From IMG/VR virus record IMGVR_UViG_3300028146_000008, positions 30,369-94,368 of that record: 64,000 nt of DNA; one strand, written 5' to 3'. The number at the start of each line of letters is the position of its first letter. Position 1 is the stretch's first letter. The notes under the pieces are model-generated. The model ran no database searches and was not told where the DNA came from. It saw only the letters and a program-made list of their open reading frames with translations. Positions 9,250-18,762 of this stretch are shown in pieces. This DNA is from a virus. The position numbers and the translations under genes were made by a program.

Positions 9250-10437
9250 CTACCAAGCCGATCCGTTGCGGATGGCCGAAATCAATTCAGAAATTGCGCC
9301 TTCAAAGCCGCGCGTTTCATTTCTGTAAAAAGTAGCGGACGGATACCACTTCAATTTTTTTCCCGTTCTTAGATACTTCCAGCAACTGTTTCCAGCGAGC
9401 AAGCAGGCAACGGGTTTTCCCATAGCCCCGGCTAAATGCAAAATGCTGGTATCAACGGTTACCACCGCGTCAAGATTCGCAATCAATCCTGCGGTGTCAT
9501 CCCATGTGTGAAACGGGAGATTTGAAACAGGATATGGAAGGTTTTCGCCGTGCTGTAGATTGACCCATTGTATTTTGTCGCCCGTCATGCAAACCAAACG
9601 CATGGCCTGCCCTTCGCTCAGAGAGCGAAACTTTCTTCCTCCCTGGTGATCCTCTCGGGCGGCATAACACAACCCGACAATAGGTAAACCTATGCGGGTC
9701 ATTTTATATTTTTCTACGGACTCCGGTTTGGCTGTAATCGGAAGCGGATCGGGAACTTCGTGCGGCCCGATATCTAATTTAGCGGGCAAGGAAAAAGCCG
9801 TACACCAGTGGGTGGCGTTTATCTGCTCCCCATCGGCGACCAACTTCTCTCTGGGAAACACTCTTTCAAAAAAAGAAAACAATTCGGCGTATGGATAGAA
9901 TTTCCAGTTGACGCCTTTCTTGTCTAGCTCGGGAAGCCACCGGGGATAGGATAGTCGGTCCCCCGCTCCACCTTCATTGATAACCAAAAGTTCGTGGCCA
10001 TCCGGCAGGGGTTCTCCATTCCATTCTTGGACAGCTCTCGGAAGGAGAAGGTGATGAGCTGCGCCTTGCTGAGACGGGCGGCAGTTATCATAGATCGACC
10101 ATGCTTGCTTCCATAGACCGGCTTTCAAAAGAGCTTCGCCGTACCCCATTCGGACATACATATCGCCGGGGTCAAGCCAGTAAGCCTGTTCGACTACCTG
10201 GGTAGATTCTTTATGTCGTCCTAGCTCCTTTAAAACCAAGGCCAGATTCATTCCGATGTCCGCTTGCTTATTCTTTCGCCAAGCTGCTTCGGCTAGAGGA
10301 AGAGATTTCTCTACGTCACCGAGGGTAAAATAGCAAGCAGACAGGTCTTTTAGTAATTCGGCGGTAGGCCGAACTTGGCAAATCGCGTCGAGACCTCGGA
10401 TTACTTGTTTAGCGGTTTCTACAGAAAGCGGCTGCAT
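9250..10437 (-). CDS. TPR-repeat plus GT9-like glycosyltransferase
   Basis: N-terminal TPR helices; EGGAGD; DTAGLIANLDAVVTVDTSILHLAGAMGKP. Confidence 0.85.
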   Translation of the reverse strand: MQPLSVETAKQVIRGLDAICQVRPTAELLKDLSACYFTLGDVEKSLPLAEAAWRKNKQADIGMNLALVLKELGRHKESTQVVEQAYWLDPGDMYVRMGYGEALLKAGLWKQAWSIYDNCRPSQQGAAHHLLLPRAVQEWNGEPLPDGHELLVINEGGAGDRLSYPRWLPELDKKGVNWKFYPYAELFSFFERVFPREKLVADGEQINATHWCTAFSLPAKLDIGPHEVPDPLPITAKPESVEKYKMTRIGLPIVGLCYAAREDHQGGRKFRSLSEGQAMRLVCMTGDKIQWVNLQHGENLPYPVSNLPFHTWDDTAGLIANLDAVVTVDTSILHLAGAMGKPVACLLAGNSCWKYLRTGKKLKWYPSATFYRNETRGFEGAISELISAIRNGSAW

Positions 10438-11027
10438 TATACTTTCTTAATGAACTTCATGTTTGGCGAGGTTTCATACCCGCCGAGTTCAATAAAATCT
10501 TCTTTCGGGATTACTTCGTTCACCGCTGCCTGAACTCCTGGAAAAGCCCAATCGTGGAATACCACGATCCCGTCATGCGACAGCATCGGCCAAAAATGAG
10601 TGAGCGCTACTTGGTGAGAACTGTAGTGGTCCGAATCCATGAAAATCAGGGATAGCGGACGTGGAGGGAAAGTCGGAATCGTGTCTTCGTGCTTTCCGCG
10701 AACTAAAACAATTTCAAAAGGTTTAACGGTTTCCTTTATTTCTTCCCAATCCGTGTTCGCGAAGTTCTCAAACCCGACTCCTTCGCCATAAGGCAAGCCG
10801 CCAAAAGTATCGAAGGCGTAAACTCTTTTTTCGACTCGGGGTGTTCTCTGATATTCGAGAACCGTCGCCGCCATCGCAATGGATGCTCCGCATTTGTAAC
10901 TTCCGACCTCAACGATATCCCCTGGGATATGCGTAACGTGGGAGACCGCCTTGGTTAGATCAATTATGTTATTTGGGTGGCAATCCGAACGGGACTTAGC
11001 GAGTTCTATGGCTTCTTGAAAATTCAC
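10437..11027 (-). CDS. TylF/MycF-family O-methyltransferase
   Basis: GDIVEVGSYKCGAS, YAFDTFGGLP, IFMDSDHYSS, VVFHDW. Confidence 0.85.
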   Translation of the reverse strand: MNFQEAIELAKSRSDCHPNNIIDLTKAVSHVTHIPGDIVEVGSYKCGASIAMAATVLEYQRTPRVEKRVYAFDTFGGLPYGEGVGFENFANTDWEEIKETVKPFEIVLVRGKHEDTIPTFPPRPLSLIFMDSDHYSSHQVALTHFWPMLSHDGIVVFHDWAFPGVQAAVNEVIPKEDFIELGGYETSPNMKFIKKV

Positions 11028-11488
11028 TCCGGTCTCCGAAGAATGTTAAAGTCTGAACGAAACCCGACGTATTTCCATCCGAGGTCTTTCGCTCGCTTGA
11101 TGGCTTGTGCGGATTTGGTTTGATAGTCTGACATCGCTATTACCTTAGCGCCTGTGGAACTAGCGATTAGAAATTCCGTAAGGCCTGTCTGCAGGTCCGG
11201 TGGGTCCAAGAAAACAGCGTCTACCCACGTTCTGGTGCTCAAGTACCGGATGTGGTCTTGAGTCAGGAAGCGGCAATACTTCGCTGTGTCTTCCCTTTCC
11301 AGTTCGCGGTGAGTGCGAAGTTGATTCTGGAAGTCCAGGTCCACTGAAATGAATTCACTTGTGAACTGCTGCTGTGCGACCCATTTTGCGATTGGCTGCG
11401 TAAACGCACTGCCAGTTTCTACAATCTGTAAACTCTTCTTATCGAACCCGTCTAGGAGTTCGGAGATTTCTGTTTGCAAGGGGTGCAT
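11024..11488 (-). CDS. SAM-dependent methyltransferase-like protein
   Basis: IVETGS, FISVDLD, DAVFLD motifs. Confidence 0.55.
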   Translation of the reverse strand: MHPLQTEISELLDGFDKKSLQIVETGSAFTQPIAKWVAQQQFTSEFISVDLDFQNQLRTHRELEREDTAKYCRFLTQDHIRYLSTRTWVDAVFLDPPDLQTGLTEFLIASSTGAKVIAMSDYQTKSAQAIKRAKDLGWKYVGFRSDFNILRRPE

Positions 11489-11859
11489 TCGATTGGCCCC
11501 GATTCCGTGATCCGAAAAACATCTGATTCCCGATGAGTTGTTGATATTTCGAGAATCACTGCCCCCTCTTTGCTAGAAAATCTGTGCAAAGTGTTTGGCT
11601 CGATGGTGCGCTTATCTCCGATACTTAAAAACTCTTCAAACGGGTTTCCGCGAACATCGCGTTGTTCCAGAGTCAGAGCCCCGCTAAGAATCAGAAAATC
11701 TTCCTTCTTTTGTTCGTGCCGATGCAGGGATGATTGAAACCCGGCGTTCAAAAACAAAATCTTGGCGCAATACGAATCCGTATTCGTCAGCCACCATTCT
11801 TCCCCGTAAACTTTCGGAACTCGGTGGATTGGCCGAAGATGATCTAGTTCGATCTTCAC
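11452..11859 (-). CDS. Cupin (sugar isomerase-like)
   Basis: KVYGEEWW, SLHRHEQKKEDF, HRF...ILEIST. Confidence 0.8.
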   Translation of the reverse strand: MKIELDHLRPIHRVPKVYGEEWWLTNTDSYCAKILFLNAGFQSSLHRHEQKKEDFLILSGALTLEQRDVRGNPFEEFLSIGDKRTIEPNTLHRFSSKEGAVILEISTTHRESDVFRITESGPIECTPCKQKSPNS

Positions 11860-12323
11860 AGAGTTATTCCAGAAATCGCGCTTACTTCGACTTCGAGGTG
11901 ATGAATCGTGGTGAGCGGGTAGATGTGAACCTTGCCGTTTGCATCGCGAAACGTCATTCCGCCATTGTTAGCGATCAAACTCCACGCTTGGGCCACGCTC
12001 ATTCTGTCAGCTTCGAGAGTGGGTAAACCTTTAGGCCGGTCCATCGGAACGATCTGTGGGGCGAGCGCGTAATAGCTGCCATCAGATGCTTTTTCGTTTA
12101 GAACCGCTGAGATCGTGATGTTGACGGTTTCTTTCGGGGTTGCCAGTCCGCTGGACCCTTGCGCTACTTTGGCAGCACTCGCTTCAGCCACTACTTGTGC
12201 TGCGATCTGTTCTTCCTGGGTTTTTGCTTTGCTCATGTTTTGATTATTTCCTTGACGCCGTTGTGCGGGGTCTAATCTTGGAGAAGCTTTTAACTTCTCC
12301 ATGCGTTTGCCTTTGCGCCACAC
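11856..12323 (-). CDS. Hypothetical protein (probable start MSKAK near 12236)
   Basis: ORF in operon; AAGGA SD before the internal ATG. Confidence 0.55.
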   Translation of the reverse strand: MWRKGKRMEKLKASPRLDPAQRRQGNNQNMSKAKTQEEQIAAQVVAEASAAKVAQGSSGLATPKETVNITISAVLNEKASDGSYYALAPQIVPMDRPKGLPTLEADRMSVAQAWSLIANNGGMTFRDANGKVHIYPLTTIHHLEVEVSAISGITL

Positions 12324-12416
12324 GCTCTACTTCCTTACGGTCATTGCACGACCTGTTGCACCAAATCGCGCTACGTAAGTTTTCATGCATGGTGGGAATC
12401 GAACCCACAGTTCTCT

Positions 12417-12620
12417 TTACGAATACCTAAAATCTACTGGCCTTTCGTTCACAAACTGATCTATTCGGGACTTCATCGTATCTGCCCACAATTGTTCATC
12501 CGTGGAAAAAGCGTGACCGGATAAAAGCCCCTGGCCGCGACGGTCGTAAACGTCGAAGAGGATTTGCCCATTTGGTTGAGCGTTCACTTCAATTTTAAAC
12601 GACCGATAAAATGTGACCAT
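12417..12620 (-). CDS. Hypothetical protein
   Basis: GGAG SD; sigma70-like promoter at about 12726-12698. Confidence 0.55.
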   Translation of the reverse strand: MVTFYRSFKIEVNAQPNGQILFDVYDRRGQGLLSGHAFSTDEQLWADTMKSRIDQFVNERPVDFRYS

Positions 12621-12868
12621 GATTCTCCGTTTTTAAAAGGCCGCCCCGGTTAAGAAGCGGCCCCAAGGAGGTGACTGCTATGCTGAACTACTAAGACAGA
12701 GTATCACTACTCCATCTTATTGTCAACCATTTACTTCAATTTATACTTTCTTTACGGCATTCACGACTGCGGAGGCTTTCTTTTCAACAGAAGCGCCCCA
12801 GCGGTAGCCACCATATCCACCGGCACAAACGCCGATTACAAAAGCAATGAAAGTGACCATTTATTCTC

Positions 12869-13075
12869 CTATGCGGGATTGTTTACCACAACTGATGTGC
12901 CAGAAACTTGTCCGCTTACAGAACCGTTCGGCTGGCCGACTGTTTTGGTTGTGGCCGCAACTGGTTGGCCTGCGCCCTTCGGGAGCGGGTGTACTGCGGG
13001 ATTTGAAAAAAGCACTTGACTGCCGGATTTGTTGAGGGTGATGGTAGCCATTGTTTGATTGGGTCCCTGTGCCAT
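12869..13075 (-). CDS. Small Gly/Pro/Thr-rich protein ending NPA
   Basis: GAGGT SD; C-terminus VVVNNPA. Confidence 0.7.
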   Translation of the reverse strand: MAQGPNQTMATITLNKSGSQVLFSNPAVHPLPKGAGQPVAATTKTVGQPNGSVSGQVSGTSVVVNNPA

Positions 13076-13085
13076 TTGTTACCTC

Positions 13086-13397
13086 TTAGGCGGGGTTGGC
13101 GAAGCGAACTTGAACCCCTGGGGCGTTGTTAAACGAGAAGTTGGTCCGGATCGGTACTAGAGCATTTCCGGAAATTGACGTTGGTGCGATGTTCGGATCG
13201 GAGAAGGGAGCATCAACCGGGGGAAGTGGGTTCACGCCGGTAGCGTAATCCCCTGCGCTAAAACTCGGGGGGTTGCCGGTGTGAATTTCCAGACCTGTAA
13301 CGACCGGGCCTCCGGGTAGTGAAAAAACTGTTTGGGGCTGGCCAGTGGCCGCTCCTGAATCGAAAGCCATAATGTTACTCTCCTGCCCTTCCGCCAT
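13086..13397 (-). CDS. Small Gly/Pro/Ser-rich protein ending NPA
   Basis: C-terminus VQVRFANPA; AGGAG SD before internal MAFDS. Confidence 0.7.
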   Translation of the reverse strand: MAEGQESNIMAFDSGAATGQPQTVFSLPGGPVVTGLEIHTGNPPSFSAGDYATGVNPLPPVDAPFSDPNIAPTSISGNALVPIRTNFSFNNAPGVQVRFANPA

Positions 13398-13584
13398 CTA
13401 GCGGACGGACGTTCCCGCCTCTGCGGGATTTAGTGGTTGCTTTTTCCCGAGCGGCATCGAGTCCTGCTTCTTTGGCGCTCAACATCTGTTTCTTTTTTGT
13501 CTGCATCGGGGTTGCGGTTGTAATGTAATCCGCGTCGTCTCGACTGGTTCCGAGAACCCGACAATTCGTTGGTTTGAGTTTCAT
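13375..13584 (-). CDS. Small basic hypothetical protein
   Basis: GAGGA SD; in operon. Confidence 0.55.
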   Translation of the reverse strand: MKLKPTNCRVLGTSRDDADYITTATPMQTKKKQMLSAKEAGLDAAREKATTKSRRGGNVRPLDGGRAGE

Positions 13585-13592
13585 ATTTCCTC

Positions 13593-13994
13593 TTAGGCTG
13601 GGTTCTTCCAGTTCACTGTCGCCGATAGCGCGTTTGTGAGTACCTTCGTTACCGTGGCGTATGTGGGTTGAACGTTGGAGACCGGATTCCCTTTTACTGT
13701 GGCCACTGCTGGGTCTGCGTAAACCGTGTCGTTTCCGGATGCGTCCACAAGGACCGAACCGGTATCTGCAAAAGGATTGGTTCCTTGGGATTGCGTTCCA
13801 CCTGATGTCAGATCGAACCCGCCCGAGGTTGCACCTGGGCCGGTCCAGTTTCCCGATCCGCCACCTGTTGGGGGTCCGCCCGAACCGGGGGAGTATGCCG
13901 CCCCGTTGGTCGAAGTGACTCCCGGAGTTCCATTGTCGATTACAATGAATCCGTTGTCAGGGAGAGTGAATTTTACTTGTTGCGCTTGAGCCAT
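13593..13994 (-). CDS. Small Gly/Thr-rich protein ending NPA
   Basis: AGGA SD; C-terminus TVNWKNPA. Confidence 0.7.
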   Translation of the reverse strand: MAQAQQVKFTLPDNGFIVIDNGTPGVTSTNGAAYSPGSGGPPTGGGSGNWTGPGATSGGFDLTSGGTQSQGTNPFADTGSVLVDASGNDTVYADPAVATVKGNPVSNVQPTYATVTKVLTNALSATVNWKNPA

Positions 13995-14076
13995 GTTGCT
14001 TTCCTAATTTCCTAATTTCCTGATTCCCTATTCACTTTGTGAACTACTGAGGGCAGGCAACGCTGGCCTTAGATGT

Positions 14077-14598
14077 TTATGCTGTTGCTTTGTATTCTTG
14101 CCGGATGCGGACACACGAAAAATAAAAACGATAAGCAACCCAAGCAAACGTTTCTCGGATGGGAGAGGTTGCAAGTGGCGGGTTGGTTGCGGCTAGCAAA
14201 TTCAGATTTCGCTTGCCTTCCCGCATTTCAAAGATGTCGGTGACGATTGTGTTCTTTGTGTCTCTGGGATCAGTCGAGTCGCGCTCTTTGGCGTTTTCTT
14301 TGCGGATCAGACCATCTACAAACGTTCCTGCGTCTCTCGCGAGCTTCTTTGTATATTCCAGAAATATCGAGTCCACGCCCATTTTGTTTAGCACTGCTTC
14401 GGACTCAGAGATCACTTTGTAATCTGAAATCAGTTCAACGATGTTTCCACACTCTTGAAGGCTGCCGCGATACATCACGAACTCGACCTTGGGTCGCAAG
14501 TCTTCCGAACCGAGTTGAATTTTTTTCGACGCCACGTAAAGAGGTGCGTTGTCAAGAAACTCGTTCTTGAAAACCGCCTCTAGGTATTCAACATCCAT
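14077..14598 (-). CDS. Hypothetical protein
   Basis: GGAGG SD, 173 aa. Confidence 0.6.
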   Translation of the reverse strand: MDVEYLEAVFKNEFLDNAPLYVASKKIQLGSEDLRPKVEFVMYRGSLQECGNIVELISDYKVISESEAVLNKMGVDSIFLEYTKKLARDAGTFVDGLIRKENAKERDSTDPRDTKNTIVTDIFEMREGKRNLNLLAATNPPLATSPIRETFAWVAYRFYFSCVRIRQEYKATA

Positions 14599-14617
14599 TG
14601 GGGTGCCTCCGCACGCC

Positions 14618-14956
14618 TTACAGTTCTCTTAGTTTGTGGAGCCTCCCATCTTTATCCAATCGGTAGATCGGCTTCGATGGGTCGGCAGAACGGTTGACTG
14701 CTTTTACTGCTTCCGCGACTGCGGGTTCGGGCGTAGGTATGCTTGTACGCTTCTGTGCATTTTGTAGAAATTGTACGGGATCATGCACCGGGCGCGGATC
14801 TTCGGAAACCTTGACTAACTTACCCGCGCGGTTAAGAGTGCAATCCACCCCATCATCGTCTTGGAAGATGAGGTGGCTGCTCAAGGAATTGCTTCCTTCG
14901 GAAAAGGTTATGGTTCGGTCTGTTGGTTTCATAAAATAGTTAGCGACGTGCCGCAC
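14618..14956 (-). CDS. Hypothetical protein
   Basis: ORF coupled to the upstream stop codon. Confidence 0.5.
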   Translation of the reverse strand: MRHVANYFMKPTDRTITFSEGSNSLSSHLIFQDDDGVDCTLNRAGKLVKVSEDPRPVHDPVQFLQNAQKRTSIPTPEPAVAEAVKAVNRSADPSKPIYRLDKDGRLHKLREL

Positions 14957-15807
14957 TGCGAGCAGAACTTCGCGTTTGCTTTATTCGTCTTGCTGCAGGT
15001 GACGCATTTGTTTTTTACGTCCACGGTTTTCGGCTGCTTGACTTCAACCTTTCCGTGTCGGCCAACGAGTTTGAGCACGATGACTTCGGTTTGGTTCTCG
15101 GTCTCAAATCCAGCAACGTTCTGAAATTGCTGGTTACTAACCGAACCCGGAACCGTGATGCCCGCGTCGTTCATGTTCTGCGGTGCCCAATCCATCGTTA
15201 CCGAGCCTTCGGATTTAGGCTGCGCCGAGCGCAACAGAGACTGGGCTTTCATTTGGCCACTGGATGTATTAACCGCGTTGGCGGAAATAGATCCTGAAGT
15301 TGAACTGTTTACGGTGTAGCTCGAATTCTGCAAGCCACCCGTCAGGGTCCAGGTCGTTTTCGGATACTTCGGCCAGTATGGATACCAATATCCATGTTGC
15401 CAGTCATAGTGATAGTGGTCGTAATGATGGGTTTCCGTGACCGTAACAATCGGCTGTTTCTTTTCAAATCTGTACTCGACGCGGATCAGACCGTCTTCGG
15501 CTTCGATGCCGCGCGTCTCTTCGATCTCGGATGTCCGCTCGATAAACTTAAACCGGTTGCCTTGGCTCAGGTTTCCGTTCTTCAGAAACCGCTCGATCTC
15601 CACACTCTGGTTCGGACCAACCACAAACCAAGTGCCGGAAGTATCTTTGCCGTCTATTTGAATCCGGAATTCGGCGCGGACTGAGTTCAGGTTCTTGACC
15701 AGAACCGAGTACTCCGAACCGAACGGTAATTCTACTCGGTCATTGGACTCGCGGAGAACCTTTCCATTCACTTTTAAACACACTACTAGATTCTTCTTGA
15801 ACATCAT
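14929..15807 (-). CDS. Hypothetical protein with C-terminal zinc ribbon
   Basis: AAGGAG SD; CVTC...FCSQCG at the C-terminus. Confidence 0.7.
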   Translation of the reverse strand: MMFKKNLVVCLKVNGKVLRESNDRVELPFGSEYSVLVKNLNSVRAEFRIQIDGKDTSGTWFVVGPNQSVEIERFLKNGNLSQGNRFKFIERTSEIEETRGIEAEDGLIRVEYRFEKKQPIVTVTETHHYDHYHYDWQHGYWYPYWPKYPKTTWTLTGGLQNSSYTVNSSTSGSISANAVNTSSGQMKAQSLLRSAQPKSEGSVTMDWAPQNMNDAGITVPGSVSNQQFQNVAGFETENQTEVIVLKLVGRHGKVEVKQPKTVDVKNKCVTCSKTNKANAKFCSQCGTSLTIL

Positions 15808-15880
15808 ACTATCTCCTTTTAACGACTCACCGACTAGGAGTCCATTGTTTAAAGTCGGTTGGTTTTTTACTTCTACAACA

Positions 15881-15955
15881 TGGGGCCCAGTGATGGATTT
15901 GAACCACCGACCCGCTGTTTACAAAACAGCCGCTCTGCCTCTGAGCTAACCGGGC
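15881..15955 (-). tRNA. tRNA-Thr(UGU)
   Basis: Cloverleaf; anticodon arm GCTGT-TTTGTAA-ACAGC; CCA encoded. Confidence 0.93.
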
Positions 15956-15961
15956 AAAACT

Positions 15962-16035
15962 TGGCGGGGTCGAAGGGAATCAAACCCTCGTTTTTCGAGC
16001 GACAGTCGAGCGTCTTGTCACTAGACGACGACCCC
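15962..16035 (-). tRNA. tRNA-Asp(GUC)
   Basis: Acceptor GGGGTCG/CGACCCC, loop CTGTCGC, G73-CCA; variant T-loop TTTGATT. Confidence 0.88.
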
Positions 16036-16041
16036 TAAATT

Positions 16042-16115
16042 TGGAGCGAGACGTGAGAATCGAACTCACTTCTTCAGTTTGGAAGACTGAGGCACTGCCA
16101 ATATGCCAGTCCCGC
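16042..16115 (-). tRNA. tRNA-Gly(UCC)
   Basis: TCAGT-CTTCCAA-ACTGA anticodon arm, GTTCGATTC, U73-CCA. Confidence 0.93.
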
Positions 16116-16121
16116 GAACTC

Positions 16122-16802
16122 TTAAAATTCTTCGTAAGTCAGTTTCAATTCCAGCGGGTGATGTCTACGGTGTTCGCGAACCATCGCAAGTCCGGGGTAC
16201 TCCCAGGAGGCTATCCGAGGTTCGTGCTGAACCGCGCGGCTACTGATACCAGGAACGTTGTTGGACTTAATCCCGGCGTTCTTCATTACCGTGGCGATCC
16301 ACCAGTCTTCCTGCATCAGCCTCCACCCTGGATTCGGGTTGCTGTGGAAGTACTTGTAGTGAAGTTTCTTGTCAGAGGTGACCACGGCTTTCAGAGCCCT
16401 GCGGGACAGCCAGTATCCACCACCGGAACAAATCTTGGATCCGAGCCCGTCGAACTCCCGAGCCTCCCCTGCGTAGTCGAACCGCTTCAGAGCGGCCAAC
16501 CTTTCGGGGAACAGGTAGGTGTCATCGTCGCACTTGAACACCGCGTCGAAACCTTCCTGGTACGCCCAGGTGAGCATCGCCCGAATCTTCAGAGCCAGAT
16601 TGTCGTAATCATCCGGAACATCCAATTGGACTTCATCAGGGTAGTTGAAGGGGTGTGACCCGGCACCGTAAAAGAAACGATGCTTATAGGGTCCCCCAAT
16701 TTTGGTAACCCAGGCTCCGCGCTGGTAGTTGCAATAGTCGGCCCGCTTATGGCAGGCGGTGATGGCGATTAGGATTTTCAAGGTTAGTGCTGGATGACGC
16801 AA
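16122..16802 (-). CDS. Glycosyltransferase (GT31/Fringe-like)
   Basis: DDYDNLALK, FKCDDDTY, CSGGGYWLS, ED motif. Confidence 0.8.
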   Translation of the reverse strand: MRHPALTLKILIAITACHKRADYCNYQRGAWVTKIGGPYKHRFFYGAGSHPFNYPDEVQLDVPDDYDNLALKIRAMLTWAYQEGFDAVFKCDDDTYLFPERLAALKRFDYAGEAREFDGLGSKICSGGGYWLSRRALKAVVTSDKKLHYKYFHSNPNPGWRLMQEDWWIATVMKNAGIKSNNVPGISSRAVQHEPRIASWEYPGLAMVREHRRHHPLELKLTYEEF

Positions 16803-17245
16803 ATATGAGGAATGTGGCCTTCGGGTGTGACTTTAAAAAACACACCCTCGGCTAAGAGCTGCCGGATCGCTTCGTCCTGGTCAAACCCTTGCTTCATGCG
16901 GGTGTCAAGTTTGAAAAAACACTCGGGAGCAATCCGCCACGCTATTCCGTCAATGATGGTTTCCATAGAAGGGTTCAGACCCCATTGTTCAGCAAATCGA
17001 CGGCGGGCAGAGAGTCCCAACTGTTACAAATCACGGTCGCCATTTCGGTGGGTTCGAGAAACCATTTCTGTTTGCCGTATACGATACGGGCCAGCTTCGG
17101 GGACATATTTCTAAAAGTCCAAGACAAGCCCGAGGGATCCATCGGACTCAATTGCTCGAACACTTCCACGCCATCTGGCAGAATTAATCTTCGGTGCGCC
17201 ATGTCTCTCTTTCATTTAGTTGTTCACTCAGCGGAGTACTGTACT

Positions 17246-17512
17246 TCACTGTGCGGAGTGACTTAGTTCTCGGCGGACAAGTTCCTGTGCTTCTTCGGTG
17301 TAATCGAACCACTCGTTGTGGCAGCGGATATGTTCTAGTTCACTGTGTAAACAACGTTCGTCTTCTATTTCTCCCGAAATGCGCCCGATCAAATCCAAGT
17401 CATCTGCGTTCTCTCGGAGAAGGAAGTTAAAGCGCCGGTCTACTTCGCTGGCTGATTTCGAGTAACCAATTTTCAAGCGGTTTGTTTTCTGGGCTAGGAT
17501 GAAATAGATCAC
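17246..17512 (-). CDS. GIY-YIG/T5orf172-like protein
   Basis: IYFI...LKIGYS...E..LH...EWF. Confidence 0.75.
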   Translation of the reverse strand: MIYFILAQKTNRLKIGYSKSASEVDRRFNFLLRENADDLDLIGRISGEIEDERCLHSELEHIRCHNEWFDYTEEAQELVRRELSHSAQ

Positions 17513-17961
17513 TAGTTCACTCAGTGAAGTGCTAGGGGACTTGATAATGAGAATTTTCCTTAAAGGTACTCGGGGGGCTCCACCCGGCTAGGCGTACTGG
17601 TACGAATAGGGTCCCCTATCTAATAGTACTAGAACTCTCAGTAGCTATATAACCGTCTGTAACTTACTGATTCAATTGAGCATACCTCGTCAGACGCGCG
17701 GGGAGTATGCAAGGGGTTTCGGATCTATGCGGGGGATTCGAGACATTGCGGCCATGCGAAGAGAATGCGATAAAATACACATAGAGTCGTATGGTAAGTT
17801 ATTGAAAACATTGGCCGATTGTTTTTGAAACCCGCTAACTAACTGATTCGGCGCAAGATGCGTTTATTCGCATGTTAAGTTATTGATAAGATTCGACTTA
17901 AAACTGCAAAAACCCGGCAATATGCGGTTACTTTTAGTAACTAGCTTACTTTGGCCGCGCC

Positions 17962-18357
17962 TTAAAAGCATTCGCCGCCTGGTTGCTCTGCCGTCTCTGA
18001 TTCCATTAGACTTATATCGCTAGTTCCCTGCCCTATTGTCTTCGGATCAAACACTTGCTCAAAAGCACGGTTTACAGCCTCGCTGACCTCTTCCTGTGTC
18101 GGGTTAGCTCGTTTCCTTAATCTCTCGTCCGATAACTCTCTATCAGTCACGTATTGCACGTCTACGGGTATTCCTGCTTTCCTCAGCATCTCGTGACATT
18201 CTGACTGGTGCGGTCGAACTGTATCAGGTCCGTATTTAACTTCTACGGCGATTACTCTGCCGTTCAATTCTACCAGTAGATCCGGCCATCCTTTATTCAC
18301 TACTCGGCAACCTGCCCGGATTAGGCGATTATAGACTACTTCCTCTGCAGGTGTCAT
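17962..18357 (-). CDS. VRR-NUC/PD-(D/E)XK nuclease
   Basis: GWPDLL...AVEVK...PHQ. Confidence 0.75.
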   Translation of the reverse strand: MTPAEEVVYNRLIRAGCRVVNKGWPDLLVELNGRVIAVEVKYGPDTVRPHQSECHEMLRKAGIPVDVQYVTDRELSDERLRKRANPTQEEVSEAVNRAFEQVFDPKTIGQGTSDISLMESETAEQPGGECF

Positions 18358-18623
18358 TCTGAGAATAGTCCTGTTTTCGCCTTAGCTCTTTTTGGCCGGG
18401 TTGCCTTAATGCTCGTTAGCTTTTCGAGTGTGGCCAAGAGCTTAATCCTATCTCCCATGCCTAGCGTGTCGGTTTCGAGCAATTCCATAATCTGCCGCGC
18501 GGCGTCCATCCTCATATCCTGCCGTTTGTAGCCTCTGCCGTCCTTGCCGGGTTTCGGGTTTGGTTCGACTACTTCACTAAGCGGAGTGCTTATCTCTTCC
18601 TTTATTTGTTCTATTTCGTCCAT
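18354..18623 (-). CDS. Hypothetical protein (possible terminase small subunit; weak)
   Basis: Small helical protein with basic tail near the putative genome-end region; apparently leaderless. Confidence 0.35.
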   Translation of the reverse strand: MDEIEQIKEEISTPLSEVVEPNPKPGKDGRGYKRQDMRMDAARQIMELLETDTLGMGDRIKLLATLEKLTSIKATRPKRAKAKTGLFSE

Positions 18624-18691
18624 GCAATTAGTCTACCATACTTCGCTTTATTCTGCCATCCATATTTTTAGTACTATCTGTATTTTGGTAC

Positions 18692-18719
18692 TTGACATTA
18701 TTTCTCTATGCTTTATAGT
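18692..18719 (+). promoter_or_regulatory. Sigma70-like promoter for the plus-strand small-gene cluster
   Basis: TTGACA-N16-TATAGT. Confidence 0.6.
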
Positions 18720-18762
18720 TGTCTACTGTAAGGCAGTTCACTAAGCGGAGTGAGGGATATAA

